In this document: piece after piece, positions 36,332-48,848 of the stretch
How the letters are laid out: each line of letters starts with the position of its first letter
Position numbering within the stretch: position 1 is the stretch's first letter
Assembly: GCA_001600695.1 (NCBI GenBank)
Contig: BCKQ01000002.1
Location: 1,199,184-1,263,183 of the forward strand
Reading direction: 5' to 3'
DNA length: 64,000 nt
Origin: Ascoidea asiatica JCM 7603
Taxonomy: Eukaryota; Fungi; Ascomycota
Position numbers and translations under genes: made by a program
Notes under the pieces: generated by a model
What the model saw: only the letters and a program-made list of their open reading frames with translations
The model's database searches: none
What the model was told of the DNA's origin: nothing

Positions 36332-38792
36332 ATGGCAATTTCATTGTTTCTACATTCTACTTCGAATTTTAAGTTGACAGTATTCTCTTCTTTTCTTAGA
36401 TTCACCTCATCCAATCTTGAACCTTCAATTCAATCAATTCCAGATGTTTCTCTGAATCAAAATCTAAAAGAATCATTTCCAAAAGAATTAAATTCAATTA
36501 CTCATAAAACTACAATTTTGAAAAAAAATAGTGTTGGTAATAGTAAAAACGTTGTTAATTCATCTTTTACAAAAGTAAAGGGAAGAACTTTTTTAGATCT
36601 TAGAAAAATAGCTTTAGATCAATCTCATTTACAAAATTTTGATAATATAAATATAATTAAAGAAAAAAAAAATTGGGAAAATTTTACAAATAAAGCTTTA
36701 GAATTAATTTATTCTGAAAAATATAAAGATTTATTACTAAATTTAAATAAAAATGATTCAAATGATTTAAATGATTTAAATAATTTGAATATTTTGAATC
36801 AATTAAATAACTTAAATATTAATCATTTATTTGATATTTTATTTGTAATTTATCATGAGAATTTAATTGAAAATTCAAATTTATTAATAAATTTTAATGA
36901 TGATTTAAATAAAATTTCTTCAAATTTTGAAATTAATTCAAATTTAATTTATTTTAATTTAAATTTTAGATTTAAAAAAAATTCTTATTATTCTTTAATT
37001 CATTTATCTTTATTTAATATCCTATCAAATTCAGATTTAAAATATTCAAGTAATTTAATTAAATTAACAATTATTGAAATTTTTATAATTAAAAATAATA
37101 ATAATCTTCAAAAATCTAAAAATATTCTCTTATATTTAAATTTATTATCAATTTATAGAATTCATAAATTTAAGAACCTTTTTTTAAATTTTGATTCAAA
37201 TAATCCAAATATTTTCAATTATGATTTACTTATTTTTAATTATAAATCACTTTTAATAAAATTACCATCAAGGTTTCTAAGAACTTTTCTAAAAATTTTT
37301 CAAAAAGAAAATTATATTGATTTATATATTCAATTAATAAATTGTGATATAACTTTTTCTGAGAGTAAAAATAAAAAAAATAAAAGTGAAAATTTAGAGT
37401 TTTTGAATTTAGAATTATTAAATAATAATAAAATTAAATTACCTTTTAATCAAAATGATTCAAAAATTCAAAATTTCATTAAATTTGATTTAAAATTATC
37501 TCATTTATATCCTTTACAACAATTATTAAATATTATCAATAATGAGATTAAATCTTTTGATTATAATTCAAATATTAAACTTGGCTTTCAAGAAAATAAT
37601 AAATTTTTATTAAAATTAATCAATAAATCTTTTTCAAAAATTACTCAACTTTTATTATATTCAAGTTTTAAAAAAGAATATGGAATTAAAAATTATTATA
37701 TATATTCTTTTTTTTATAGTATTTTAAATTATAATTTAACTTTTTCAATAATTGAAAATAATAAAGTTCCATTAGCATCAAAATCAATTATATTACAAAA
37801 AATTGAAGATATTGAAAATACTAAATTTGAAAAAAATAATTTAATTGTCAGAGATAGTTCTTCTATAAATTATAAAAATTTAATAAAAAATATCATTTTA
37901 CATTTAACTAATAGTAATAATAGTAATTATATTTCAAAACTTCAAAATAAGCGTGTAAGAATAAATAAATTAATTCCATTTATTACTTATAATTTTAGGT
38001 TAGTTCAAAATGAAAGAGAGAGATTAAATTATGAGAATTATTTAAATTATGAAATTATTTCATTAATTCATTTTAATACTAAAATTAATAAGTTAAAAGA
38101 TTATTCAAAAAATAATTTAAACAATAATTTAAACAATAATTTAGAAAATAATTTTTTAATAAGAATTATTGAATTTTTTGATTGGAATTTATTGAATAAT
38201 GATAATAATAAAAATCTTTCAAATTCAATGATTTATAAATTATCAAATTGTATTAAATTACTCAATGAATCTGGTTTATTAAAGTTTTTTAATAAAGGTT
38301 TAAATACTAAAGAATTTAATAGAAATCTTAATGAAGAACTTAATAAAAAAGAAATTGAATTATTTTTGAATAATCTAAGATTTTCTGCTTTCAATAGTAA
38401 TAATAATAATAATAATAAAAATAAAAATAAGAATACTGTATATGAAATTTCTAGAAAGGTAAAATTTTTTGAAAAATTTTAAGTTACCTTTTTTAAAAAT
38501 GGAAAGAAAATTTGAAATTCAGAATTTTGTTTTTATTTATTTAATATCTATTCAAGAAATTTTTAATAATTTCAAAAACTTAAATGATTGTAAGAAATTG
38601 ATAATAATTGAAAAATTATTCAAGAAATATATTAAAATTATTGAAAGTTTCAAAGAAAATAAAAAATTTGATAATTCATTAATTACTAATGAACCAGTAA
38701 ACTTATTCTTAAAAATATTAAATGAAATGAATGTTGTCAATAAAACTAAAAAAAAATTAACTTATGAGATTAAATTGTATTTACAGAACTAA
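36332..38792 (+). pseudogene. Paralogue B of the tandem pair, interrupted by a +1 frameshift at about 38480 (pseudogene, assembly error or recoding)
   Basis: ORF 36332-38482 and ORF 38469-38792 align with consecutive parts of paralogue A; junction AAA TTT TAA G. Confidence 0.6.
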
Positions 38793-39898
38793 TATAATAA
38801 AAATTGCTTAATATTATTATTGAATTAATTATATAAATTTGTATTTTAATTTATCTCAAATATTTCCACACCTTATTCAAAATTTTAAAATGTTTGTTAA
38901 AGGTCCCTTTAAATCAGAGAAAATAATTACGTTACAAGAATTCAAATTTAAATAGAAAAAGTTTTGGAAAATAAAGGAAAATCGATTAAATTTATATGAT
39001 TTTTTTTCTCTAACTCATTGAAATTTCATCAATGAAAATACTGAAATGTGAAGATAATTCGCTTAAATAATGGAATATTCAATAATGGAATCATGGAAAT
39101 TATAGAAATAATTCAATGAGTGGTAAGAAATGGGTATTGACTTATGGATTGAAATTATTTATGTAAATAGAATATTTCTTCAAGTAATATTATGATATTA
39201 TTGTACTTGTAAAGATCCTACGAGTAATTCAAAAATACGAGAGAACCCAATTGAATCCAAACAAGCTTGTTACTTTCTTCTATTTCTGTTATCCACGCTG
39301 TAAAAGTCTATAGATTAGAAAGTACAGTTCTACTAAAAACAGAAACTTGATTGAAAGAAAAAAAGAGAAAAAACAAAAAACAAAAATAAAAAAAGATGGA
39401 ATTTTTCAACCTTTTTATACTCAAGGAGATTCGAATAAAGAATCTGTATTGCGCCACTGGATATTTCTATTTCGAGACTTTATAAAAAATTTGTTTTAGG
39501 GCTTTTAAAAAATAAGGCGGTGCTTGTGGCTTGAATATAGTCAGCCTTCACTCGCCTTTTAAATGGGGTCTGTATCCATTTATAGATTATTGCCACGGCT
39601 GGTGTATTAAACTAGCCACATTCCCTTTCTTTCAATTACACAGCCCCACAAACACTCCAGCCACTACTCCCACACATTTTTATTATTTTACCAGTGCTTT
39701 GTTTGATAGCAGAGCTGAGCTTTTACTTATCTGTCAGATTCAAATAAATTAATCATTTAATGACCATTTGATGACCTTTTATAATCAATAGCAAAGTAAT
39801 AAATATCCTTTTAATTTGAACATAAATCACCTTATAAAGTTATTTAACTGATTTGATTATAGTATATTTAATCTCCAATTCATTATAATTATATCTCA

Positions 39899-41359
39899 AT
39901 GTCTGAAAAAGAAGTAAAATCTGAATCTTTAGTTGCTTCCCCTGAGGAAACTGATAAAGTTAAAGTGGAAGAATCTAAAAATTCAAAAAATGAAATTATA
40001 AATGAGGATTCAAAAATTGAATTAAAAGAAGAAATTGATAATAATTCAAAAGAATCAATTCCATCATCTGTTTTAAAATCAAGTATTTCTTCAAATAATA
40101 AACAAAATTCTCCAATATTATCTGAAAATTCAGATAATTTAGATAATTCAGAAAAATTTGAAAAATTAAAGAAAAAAGTTACATTTAATGAAAATGATTT
40201 AAATTTAAAACCAAAACCAAAACCAATTTTAAAATCAAAACCAATTTCAAGAAAAGATCAAATTAAAAATTATTTGAAAGAAGCTTTTCCAAAAATTGAT
40301 CAAATTTATATAAATTCAATTTTAATTGCAAGTAAAGGTAATTTAGATCCTGCTTTTAATGCTTTATTATATTTATCAAATAATTTAAATAAAAATTCAA
40401 ATAATTCTACAGATTTAGATTTTGATTTAGATTATAATTCTTCTCCAAATAGTGATATAGATCAATTTAAAACATTTAATCAATTAGAACAAGATGAAAA
40501 AATTGCAAAAAAATTACAAAAACAATTTGAATTAGAATCAATTAATAATCCTTCAAATAATAAATATTCAAAAACCCCAAAAATTCCTCCAAAGAGTGAT
40601 AAATTCAAAAGACAACAACATTTAAATAGAAATAAATATAATAGTAATAATCATAATCATAATAGCAATAATGTAAATTATCATAAAGATTCTGATTCTG
40701 ATGATCCATTAGCTCAATTTTTAGATGAAGATTTACCTCAAATTAAAAAAGAATTAACTAAAAATTTTGAAGAAACAAAAACTAAAGTATCTTCTTGGGT
40801 TTCAAATATTGCTAAAAAATTTCAAGATGATGATAGTAATAGTAGTAGTAGTAATAATAATAATAATAATAATTCTCCTCAATTATTTAGTGCCTTTGGT
40901 TCAACTCAAAAAAATAAATCAAATAATAATTATAATAATCAAAAATATAAAAATTATGATCCAAATTATAATTATATCAATAACAAAGACAATAAGAACA
41001 ATGATAATGAATTCGATGATGATTTCACCATCTCAATGACAAATAATGATCAAGAAAATGATCTTAATGCTTTAATGAATACTGATGATACTCCACCTCC
41101 AATGCCACCAAGACGTAAAAATAATAATATAAATTCAGTTCCAAAAACAATGATAACTCCAAGTTCACCACAAATTAATAATAAGAGTACCATTAATACT
41201 ATCACTAAAACCAATAATTCAAAATGGGAACCAATTCAACATTCTTCAATTTCAACAACTGCTTCAAATGATGCTTTCTTAGTAACTGATAGTGAAGATG
41301 ATGAAGATGATAAAAAAAATTCAAATTCAAGTACAACTAGTATTGATCTCAAGAATTAA
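39899..41359 (+). CDS. CUE5: CUE-domain ubiquitin-Atg8 adaptor Cue5
   Basis: CUE domain LKEAFPKID..INSILIASKGNLDPAFNALLYLS; QLEQDEKIAKKL; FLDEDLPQIKK..FEETKTKVSSWV; C-terminal WEPI AIM/LIR motif. Confidence 0.9.
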   Translation: MSEKEVKSESLVASPEETDKVKVEESKNSKNEIINEDSKIELKEEIDNNSKESIPSSVLKSSISSNNKQNSPILSENSDNLDNSEKFEKLKKKVTFNENDLNLKPKPKPILKSKPISRKDQIKNYLKEAFPKIDQIYINSILIASKGNLDPAFNALLYLSNNLNKNSNNSTDLDFDLDYNSSPNSDIDQFKTFNQLEQDEKIAKKLQKQFELESINNPSNNKYSKTPKIPPKSDKFKRQQHLNRNKYNSNNHNHNSNNVNYHKDSDSDDPLAQFLDEDLPQIKKELTKNFEETKTKVSSWVSNIAKKFQDDDSNSSSSNNNNNNNSPQLFSAFGSTQKNKSNNNYNNQKYKNYDPNYNYINNKDNKNNDNEFDDDFTISMTNNDQENDLNALMNTDDTPPPMPPRRKNNNINSVPKTMITPSSPQINNKSTINTITKTNNSKWEPIQHSSISTTASNDAFLVTDSEDDEDDKKNSNSSTTSIDLKN

Positions 41360-41428
41360 TTACCTCATTGATTAGTTTCAATAGTTTTATTCCATATCGT
41401 TTCTTATTCCTCTTTCTCTTTATTTTTC

Positions 41429-41460
<32 letters not shown>

Positions 41461-42005
41461 TTTATATTGACATCTTTATATTGATATTTACAATTTTACT
41501 CTTATTTTATCTATTCTCTTCAAACTGAACTCTTTTATTCTGATATTCTCTTTTCTTTCACTGTTCTTCATCATTCCAATCAATCAACAAGTAAATAAAT
41601 AAGTAACTGATTAATTGAATATATCAATAAATAATTAAATAATTAAATAAATAAGTATTAGTATCTTTCTCCATTTCTCCATATATCTTTGTGACAATAA
41701 TTATTAAATTGCTGGCTTTTGCACTGTCAGCGGTTAATTCGTTGTTATTTTTTTGTTTACTTCTCGACTCTGCAATTCTTATCTTTTTTTACATCGGCCA
41801 CAATCGTAATACATATATTAAATAAACATACTAGATAAACATAGTAGATAAAGATAGCAAAAATAATAAATATAATAAATACAATAGATATAATAATGAG
41901 ATATAAATAATAATATATTCTTCTTTATTTATATTCTTATTCTATTTTTTTATTACTAATGATCAACATTTCTTTATCCATAAACTTCTAATCAATTACA
42001 AAGAA

Positions 42006-44242
42006 ATGCCACTATTAAGAATAATATTCGAAAATATTGATCTATATTTGTCAATACCAACTTTAATTTTAAGATTTTTTTTATTACCTTTATGTTTTAT
42101 TCAATTATTATCAAATTGGTTAATTCAAGATATTAATAGATTTTCATTAGCTATATTATGGATATTAAAAGAAATTAAACATATATTTCCATGTGTTTTA
42201 GGTCAAATTGGAATATTAAATAATGAATTCTCTAAAAAACCAGAACCAAAAGATGAAAAAACAAATGATGATAATAATAATAATAATAATAGAAATTTTA
42301 TAATTAAATTTTATTTAAGAATTTCGGAAAAATATAGAAAAAGTTTTAATATTTTTGAAAATGATTCAATTTCAATTGTGAATTTAATTTTAAATGAATT
42401 TAAAATTATTAATTTAAGATTTAATCAATTTTTAAATATTTGGTATAATACTTCAATTATTGAAAAAAAATTAACTTATTATCCAAAATTTTATTTGAAA
42501 TCTTTCTTTATTCAAACTTCAAATACAAAAGTAAATCCAAAAGCAAATCCAAAAGGAAAAGTAAATGCTAAAGAAAAAATAAATTTAAAAGAAAAAGAAA
42601 AAGAAAAAGAAAAATCTAAAATAAATCAAAATTTAAGTAAATTAGAAAAATTAGATACAAATAATGATGAATTTCAATTAAAACCAATTGATAGAACTTT
42701 AAAACTTTATCAAGGTTCTCCAAAAAGACAAAGAATTTCAGGTTTTAGAACTTTTAGAGCTTCTGAAGTAATACCTAATTTAAATGATAATAATTTTGAT
42801 GTTGATGATCAAATTATTAAAGTATCTTCAATTTCTTCAGAAAATAATTTCTTGCCTTATTCAGATTTTGAGAATAATGAAAATTCAGATGAAATTGTAA
42901 ACAAAAATTTAAATGAAACTTTGAAAAATATTACTTTAAGAAATACTACAAGAAATTCAACAAAAAATATTATAAATAATACCATTAATACTACTAATAA
43001 TGAATTTACTGAATTTAATGAACCTTTAACTCCTTTATCAAGTAATAATCAAATTAATTTCAATAATTCTTCAATTAAAGAGAATTTAAAAGGTTTTAAA
43101 TTACAATTTCATAATCATAGAAAATCAAAATCCTCAAGTTCTTCAATAAAATCTCCAATAAAAACTACTGAAATTTTATTTGCTTCGAAAACTTTTCAAT
43201 TAGATGAATTACAAAATTTAAGTAACAATAATAATAATAATATTAATACCCAAAAAATTAAAAAAGATTATACTGAAGTTAAAAACGAAATCAAAAATGT
43301 TTTAAAAAATCCAAATTTCGATGATGGTTCTTATGCTCCAAATGTCCTTCGTCTGGCTTGGCATTCATGTGCAACTTTTGATAAAAATAATGGTACTGGT
43401 GGTTCTAATGGTGCAACTATGAGGTAATTAAATACTTACTTTTTTCTTCTTCCTGTTTTTATTTTTTTTTTATTTTTTTTTTTATTATTTGTTATTCTAT
43501 TCAATTTTTATTAAAATAAAATATATAAATATGAAGTTTAATGGGTTCTAACTAATTATTTTTTACTATTATTATTATTATTAGATTTCCACCAGAATTA
43601 ACTGATCCTGGGAATACTGGTTTACATGTCGCTTTATCATTATTAGAATCAATTCATCATAAATTTCCTTGGATAACTTATGCTGATCTTTGGATTCTTG
43701 CTGGTATAACTGCAATTGAAGAAATGGGTGGTCCTTCAATTGAATTTAAACCTGGAAGAGTAGATTGTTTAGATGCTAGCTATGTTCCTCCAAATGGCAG
43801 ATTACCTTCTGGAATGAAAGATCAAAGCCATATACGTGAAGTTTTTGGAAAATTAAATATGAATGATCAAGAAACAGTTGCACTTATAGGCGCTCATGGG
43901 TTAGGTAGAACTCATGCAAAATATTCTGGTTGGGATGGCAAATGGACTAAAAATCCAATAACTTTTGATAATGAATTTTATAAACTTCTTCTTGAAGATA
44001 ATTGGATTTTTGATAAAGTTAAGTCTACTGGAATGATGCAATATTTTTATAATGATGATAGAGAAATTATGATGCTTCCATCTGATATGGAATTAGCCAA
44101 AGATCCTGAATTTAGAAAATATGTTGAGATTTATGCTAAAGATCAAGAAAAATTCTTTAAGGATTTTGCTTCAGCTTTTTCAAAACTAACTGAATTGGGT
44201 GTTGAAAGAAATTCAGAAGGAATTGCTTTAAAAACAAAATAA
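42006..44242 (+). CDS. Class I heme peroxidase (cytochrome c peroxidase family, CCP2-like) with about 420-aa N-terminal extension; exons 42006-43423 and 43585-44242
   Basis: [26 protein letters not shown]|[13 protein letters not shown] across the intron (GTAATT donor, TTCTAAC branch, TAG acceptor), [38 protein letters not shown]. Confidence 0.9.
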
Positions 44243-44421
44243 TTTAATTAGTCTTTTTCATATAATGAATATAATATACAATAATTCTCAATTTTGCATG
44301 TAAAAAAAGGAAGTAAAAAAAAAAAAATTATATTACATTCGTAAAGTTGAAAATTTAATGAAATATGTATGGTAAAAGACTAAAAATAAATTATATAAAA
44401 ATGAATTAACAAAAAGTTAAA

Positions 44422-45879
44422 CTAATCATGCTTCTTTTTCTTTTTCTTTTTTTCAGGAGATTCATCATCTGCTTTTCTTTTTTTTGATTTATCTTTTTTA
44501 TCTTTCTTATCTTTTTTATCCTTTTTGTCTTTCTTTTCTTTTTTATCCTTTTTATCTTTCTTCTCTTTTTTGACAGATACTGGAGTTTCTACTTTAATAT
44601 CCATTGGTTCATCCTTAGATGGTGTTTCAGGAATAATTGGAGCTGAAACTGGAGCAGATGCTGGTACAGAAACTGGTTTTGAAGAAACAACAGGTTCAAA
44701 ATTTTCAAGATTAACATAATCTTTTTTCCAGGTTTCAGGGGTATTATCATTTATACGACCAAATTGATCTAATTTTCCTTCTTTTTTTAATTGTTTCTTT
44801 TTTGAAGCAATTGGACCTAAACCCCATTTTCTTGGATAAGTATCACGTTCCATAATACATCTTTTAACTTTAGCTATAACACCATGATCACAAGTTGCAA
44901 TATCAACAGTTGACATTTGAGCAATAGCAATTGCAATACCTTCACCTTTAGTTGTAATTAATACAACTTCATCAAATAATTCAATACCATCTTCATATCT
45001 TAAAACACCTGGAGTCATTAATTTTGCACCATAACAAATTGAATTAACAGCAGAATCTTTCACCACAATTCTTTTATAGCCTAATAATAAAGTTTCTAAA
45101 GGTTGAATAACTCTTCTTAAATAAGATTCATCACGAGTATTATCAAAAACCCATTGAGCATCAAGTACATCATGTAAAGTAACTAAATTATCATTTTCAG
45201 ATAAAGCACCACTTCTAACTCTTCTTAATTCTTGCATATGACCACCAACACCTAATAACATACCAAGATGTACACAAAGTGTTCTCATATAAGTACCAGC
45301 TTCACATGAAGCCCAAAATACAGCTAAATTTCTTTTATTATCAAATTCAATTAACTTTGAATCATAAATAGTTCTAACTCTTAATTGTCTTTTAACAGCA
45401 GAAATTAAAGGTGGTCTTTGAAATAAAGCTCCAGTTAAATTTTCTAAAGATTTTGACATATTTTTTTCATCTTTTAAAGATTCATGTAATCTTGCAACAC
45501 AAACATATTCTTTACCTGCACCTTGTTGAGATTTAACTAATCTTGTTGCTCTATCTATACAAACAATTAAACATCCAGTAACTTTTGGATCTAAAGTACC
45601 AGAATGACCAGTTTTTTGACATCTTAAAATACGTTTAACCCAAGCAACAACTTCATGAGAAGATGGATTTGAAGGTTTATCTAAATTTATGACACCTGAG
45701 GATATATAAGATTTAATATCTCTTTTCAATGGAGAACAACCAAATGGTATTGGAGTATAATGACCACATCTAACATTTAATTTTTCATAATTTTTCAATA
45801 ATAAAGGCCAATTTGCAGAATCATTAGTAGCCTTTTGATTAGTTGGCTTTATCATATGCTCTTCTTCTATTGAAGCCAT
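44422..45879 (-). CDS. CBF5: H/ACA snoRNP pseudouridine synthase Cbf5 (dyskerin)
   Basis: [48 protein letters not shown] domain, KKD/KKE tail. Confidence 0.99.
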   Translation of the reverse strand: MASIEEEHMIKPTNQKATNDSANWPLLLKNYEKLNVRCGHYTPIPFGCSPLKRDIKSYISSGVINLDKPSNPSSHEVVAWVKRILRCQKTGHSGTLDPKVTGCLIVCIDRATRLVKSQQGAGKEYVCVARLHESLKDEKNMSKSLENLTGALFQRPPLISAVKRQLRVRTIYDSKLIEFDNKRNLAVFWASCEAGTYMRTLCVHLGMLLGVGGHMQELRRVRSGALSENDNLVTLHDVLDAQWVFDNTRDESYLRRVIQPLETLLLGYKRIVVKDSAVNSICYGAKLMTPGVLRYEDGIELFDEVVLITTKGEGIAIAIAQMSTVDIATCDHGVIAKVKRCIMERDTYPRKWGLGPIASKKKQLKKEGKLDQFGRINDNTPETWKKDYVNLENFEPVVSSKPVSVPASAPVSAPIIPETPSKDEPMDIKVETPVSVKKEKKDKKDKKEKKDKKDKKDKKDKKDKSKKRKADDESPEKKKKKKKHD

Positions 45880-46053
45880 TTTAATATTCTTTATATCAAG
45901 ATTCTCGAAATACAGATCAATATATACTTAAAACTTGAAATGAATATCTTTTTATTTCTTCAATTCTTTCTCTTCCAAATCAAATCTTTCAAGATCTGAA
46001 TTTCACCTTCCATTCAAATGCAAAAAATAAAACTAAAACTGAAAATTAAAAAT

Positions 46054-46108
46054 AAAAATTTCAAAAGAGAAAAAAAATTAATTCCGGATGAGGTAATTAA
46101 TTACGTAA
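46054..46108. promoter_or_regulatory. RRPE-like and PAC-core elements upstream of CBF5
   Basis: AAAAATTTCA at 46054 and GATGAG at 46087, the expected pair for a ribosome-biogenesis gene; TTACGTAA at 46101. Confidence 0.55.
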
Positions 46109-46521
46109 TATTTTCCTGAGCACGGCTTAGCCTCCGCTGTGTTTTAAAAAAACGGTTCGTGTGGCGAATAAGTGGCAAAAGATAAACAAAAATATTGAAT
46201 ACAAAACAAAATAAACAATAAAATTTGAGAATGTTTTGATTAATCAGTTTTTGAGGTGGATTTATTGAGTTACTGATAGTTTTGATATTGAGTTATTGAT
46301 TGATTTATATTTATTGATTCATCATATTTCCTTCAAATTTACAAGATTTGAAGCAATACAGTCAGAGGAATAAAACAATAATCTTCTTTATCTGGAATAG
46401 AATCTTATTTTTAACTCAAACCTGTTTTTTTTTTTTTCGTTTTATCTCAAATAGTCAAATCAAAATCAACAAAAAAAAAATTAAAAAAGGTAAATAAATC
46501 ATTTCTCAAATTAAATTCAAT

Positions 46522-48216
46522 ATGAATAAATATAAACCTCGTAATAATAATATTAAAAGTAAAATAGGAATTTACGAAGAAGAAGATCAATCTTCAAATT
46601 TATCAAATTCAAAAATTCAATCAAAAAATTATAATAATGTTTCAAATATATTAAGAGAAGCAGCTTCATATTGGGAAAATGGTGCAAAATCAATAGAAGA
46701 ATTAATTTATCAAAATAATTCTTTTCAAAATGAAATTCAAGATCTTAATGAGAGATTAGATAATTTAAATGAAAAAAATAACTCTTTGAATGAAAAAAAT
46801 AATTTTTTAAATGAGGAAAATTTATTATTAAAAAAAAAATTAAATGAATTACAAAATTTTAAAAATAAATTTAATGAATTGAATTTTAAAAATGACTCAA
46901 ATTTAAAACAAATTGAATCTTTAAAAAAACAAAACAATGAATTTTGTAAAAATTTCAATATATCTGAATCAAATTATCAAAAATTAAGATTACAATTATT
47001 TAATTTATCTAAAGAACATAATGATATCAATAAAAAAATTTACCATCTTGATGAAAAAGATTCAAATTCAATGAATAATAATGAGAAGAAAATTTTAATT
47101 AATAACAATTGGCTATTCATAAAAGATATTGATATAAAGCATCATACTCCAAATAATAGTTTATCCAATTTATCTTCAATATTATCAAATTCCTCTAACT
47201 CCAATACAATTTCTAACAATGCCGCCAACTCTCCTCTTCAATCCAAAATTAATCTAAACAACTCTAGTAATAATATTGATAGAATAGATAATATTGATAA
47301 GAAAAACTTCAAGTTTAATGAAAGCACCAATTTCAATGATGAAATTGATATTGATAATGATATGAGTAATGCTAATAATGACAATATCAGTGACAAGAAT
47401 AATAATATCAATCAAAGATTTAAAAATTCTATAGATATTAATAATGAAGATTTGAATTTTGATGAAAATGAATTTAATCAAAATCCGATTTCACAAAAAA
47501 AAATACTTAATAATCTAATATCTCTGCCAAATTCAACTTATACAAAATTAGATTCTCCAAAAATTGCAAAAAATATATTATTATCTTCCAATGAAAAATT
47601 TCCAACTTCAACTCCATTTAATAAATTATCTATAAACAAAGATAAACTAGTCATTAACAATAATAATAATACTAATAAAAATTTGTCAAATAATTTATCT
47701 AAAAATTCAAGAAATAATTCTTTTAGGTCTCCTTTAAATGAAAATCGTACATATTCTTCAACCTCAAATTTAACTTCTTCAACAGTAGCCGCTACAAATA
47801 ATTCTATTTTTTCAAATCATCTAGATTCAATTAATTCTTCTAATTCATTTTCTAGTCTTCATTCAAATTTACATTCTCCAATATCAAATCCAATGACTCC
47901 ATCAAATTCAAATAATAAATTTATCACTGCAAATAATTTAGTTTCTGTTAAAATTGTACCAAATAGTAAATTAAAATTCAAAAATATTACAAATACTTTA
48001 TTAACTAACTTTGTTAGTAGTTTCAATAAAAATGATACTTTATATGATGTAATTCGATTATATGAATCAAATGTTTCTGACATCAGTTATAAATTTGAAT
48101 ATTATTTTAATGATCATCCAATAGAAAATTTAGATATTACACTTTCTGAATTAGATCAATATAATAAAAATAAAGGTTTTATAACCTTAGTTATTAGAGA
48201 TATTAGAGATTATTAA
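46522..48216 (+). CDS. Coiled-coil protein with disordered middle and putative C-terminal ubiquitin/SUMO-like domain
   Basis: Heptad region at about aa 55-180; last 90 aa VSVKIV...NDTLYDVIRLYE...FEYYFNDHPIENLDITLSELD...ITLVI follows the beta-grasp pattern; no diglycine. Confidence 0.75.
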   Translation: MNKYKPRNNNIKSKIGIYEEEDQSSNLSNSKIQSKNYNNVSNILREAASYWENGAKSIEELIYQNNSFQNEIQDLNERLDNLNEKNNSLNEKNNFLNEENLLLKKKLNELQNFKNKFNELNFKNDSNLKQIESLKKQNNEFCKNFNISESNYQKLRLQLFNLSKEHNDINKKIYHLDEKDSNSMNNNEKKILINNNWLFIKDIDIKHHTPNNSLSNLSSILSNSSNSNTISNNAANSPLQSKINLNNSSNNIDRIDNIDKKNFKFNESTNFNDEIDIDNDMSNANNDNISDKNNNINQRFKNSIDINNEDLNFDENEFNQNPISQKKILNNLISLPNSTYTKLDSPKIAKNILLSSNEKFPTSTPFNKLSINKDKLVINNNNNTNKNLSNNLSKNSRNNSFRSPLNENRTYSSTSNLTSSTVAATNNSIFSNHLDSINSSNSFSSLHSNLHSPISNPMTPSNSNNKFITANNLVSVKIVPNSKLKFKNITNTLLTNFVSSFNKNDTLYDVIRLYESNVSDISYKFEYYFNDHPIENLDITLSELDQYNKNKGFITLVIRDIRDY

Positions 48217-48848
48217 TTATATATTGGAATGTTAATTTTCACTTCACTTTCCTTCTTTTTCTTTTTCTTTTTCTTTTTTTTTCAAAAAAACTCTTTTTTC
48301 CGTTATTCTTTGGTTTGGTTTAATATTTATTGTGTTTCCTTTTTTATTCTCTCTTTTAACCATATGTGTTTTCAAATTCATTTCATTCTACAAATCTTAA
48401 TTAAGTCATTATTTTTAATTATCATTATTCTTTTTGCTAGTTATATCATTTTCATTATTGCTTCATATATTTTTTTTATTTATTTTTCTATTTATTTCAA
48501 TATCATTATTAAATTTTGGTTATATTATCTTTTTAACTAAATAATGGATATGAATTAATCCTGATTTTCAATAATCAAAATCTATTTTTAATTCATTCAC
48601 TTTTTCTTTTTGAAATTTCATAATCTTTGTGATATATACAGTACTAATCCACTTTTATTTACGTCTTAATTCTTTCATATTCAATAATGTAGTTAAATTC
48701 AACTCGGAGTTTAGTTATTAGTTATCTATAAAAAAAAAAGCATTCAAAAAGCATTTTAAAAAAAATTTAAAAAAATTTATAAAAAAAAATAAAAACAAAA
48801 TTTTAAAGAGACATTCAAAAGACATTTCACAAGGAATTAAAAAAAAAA

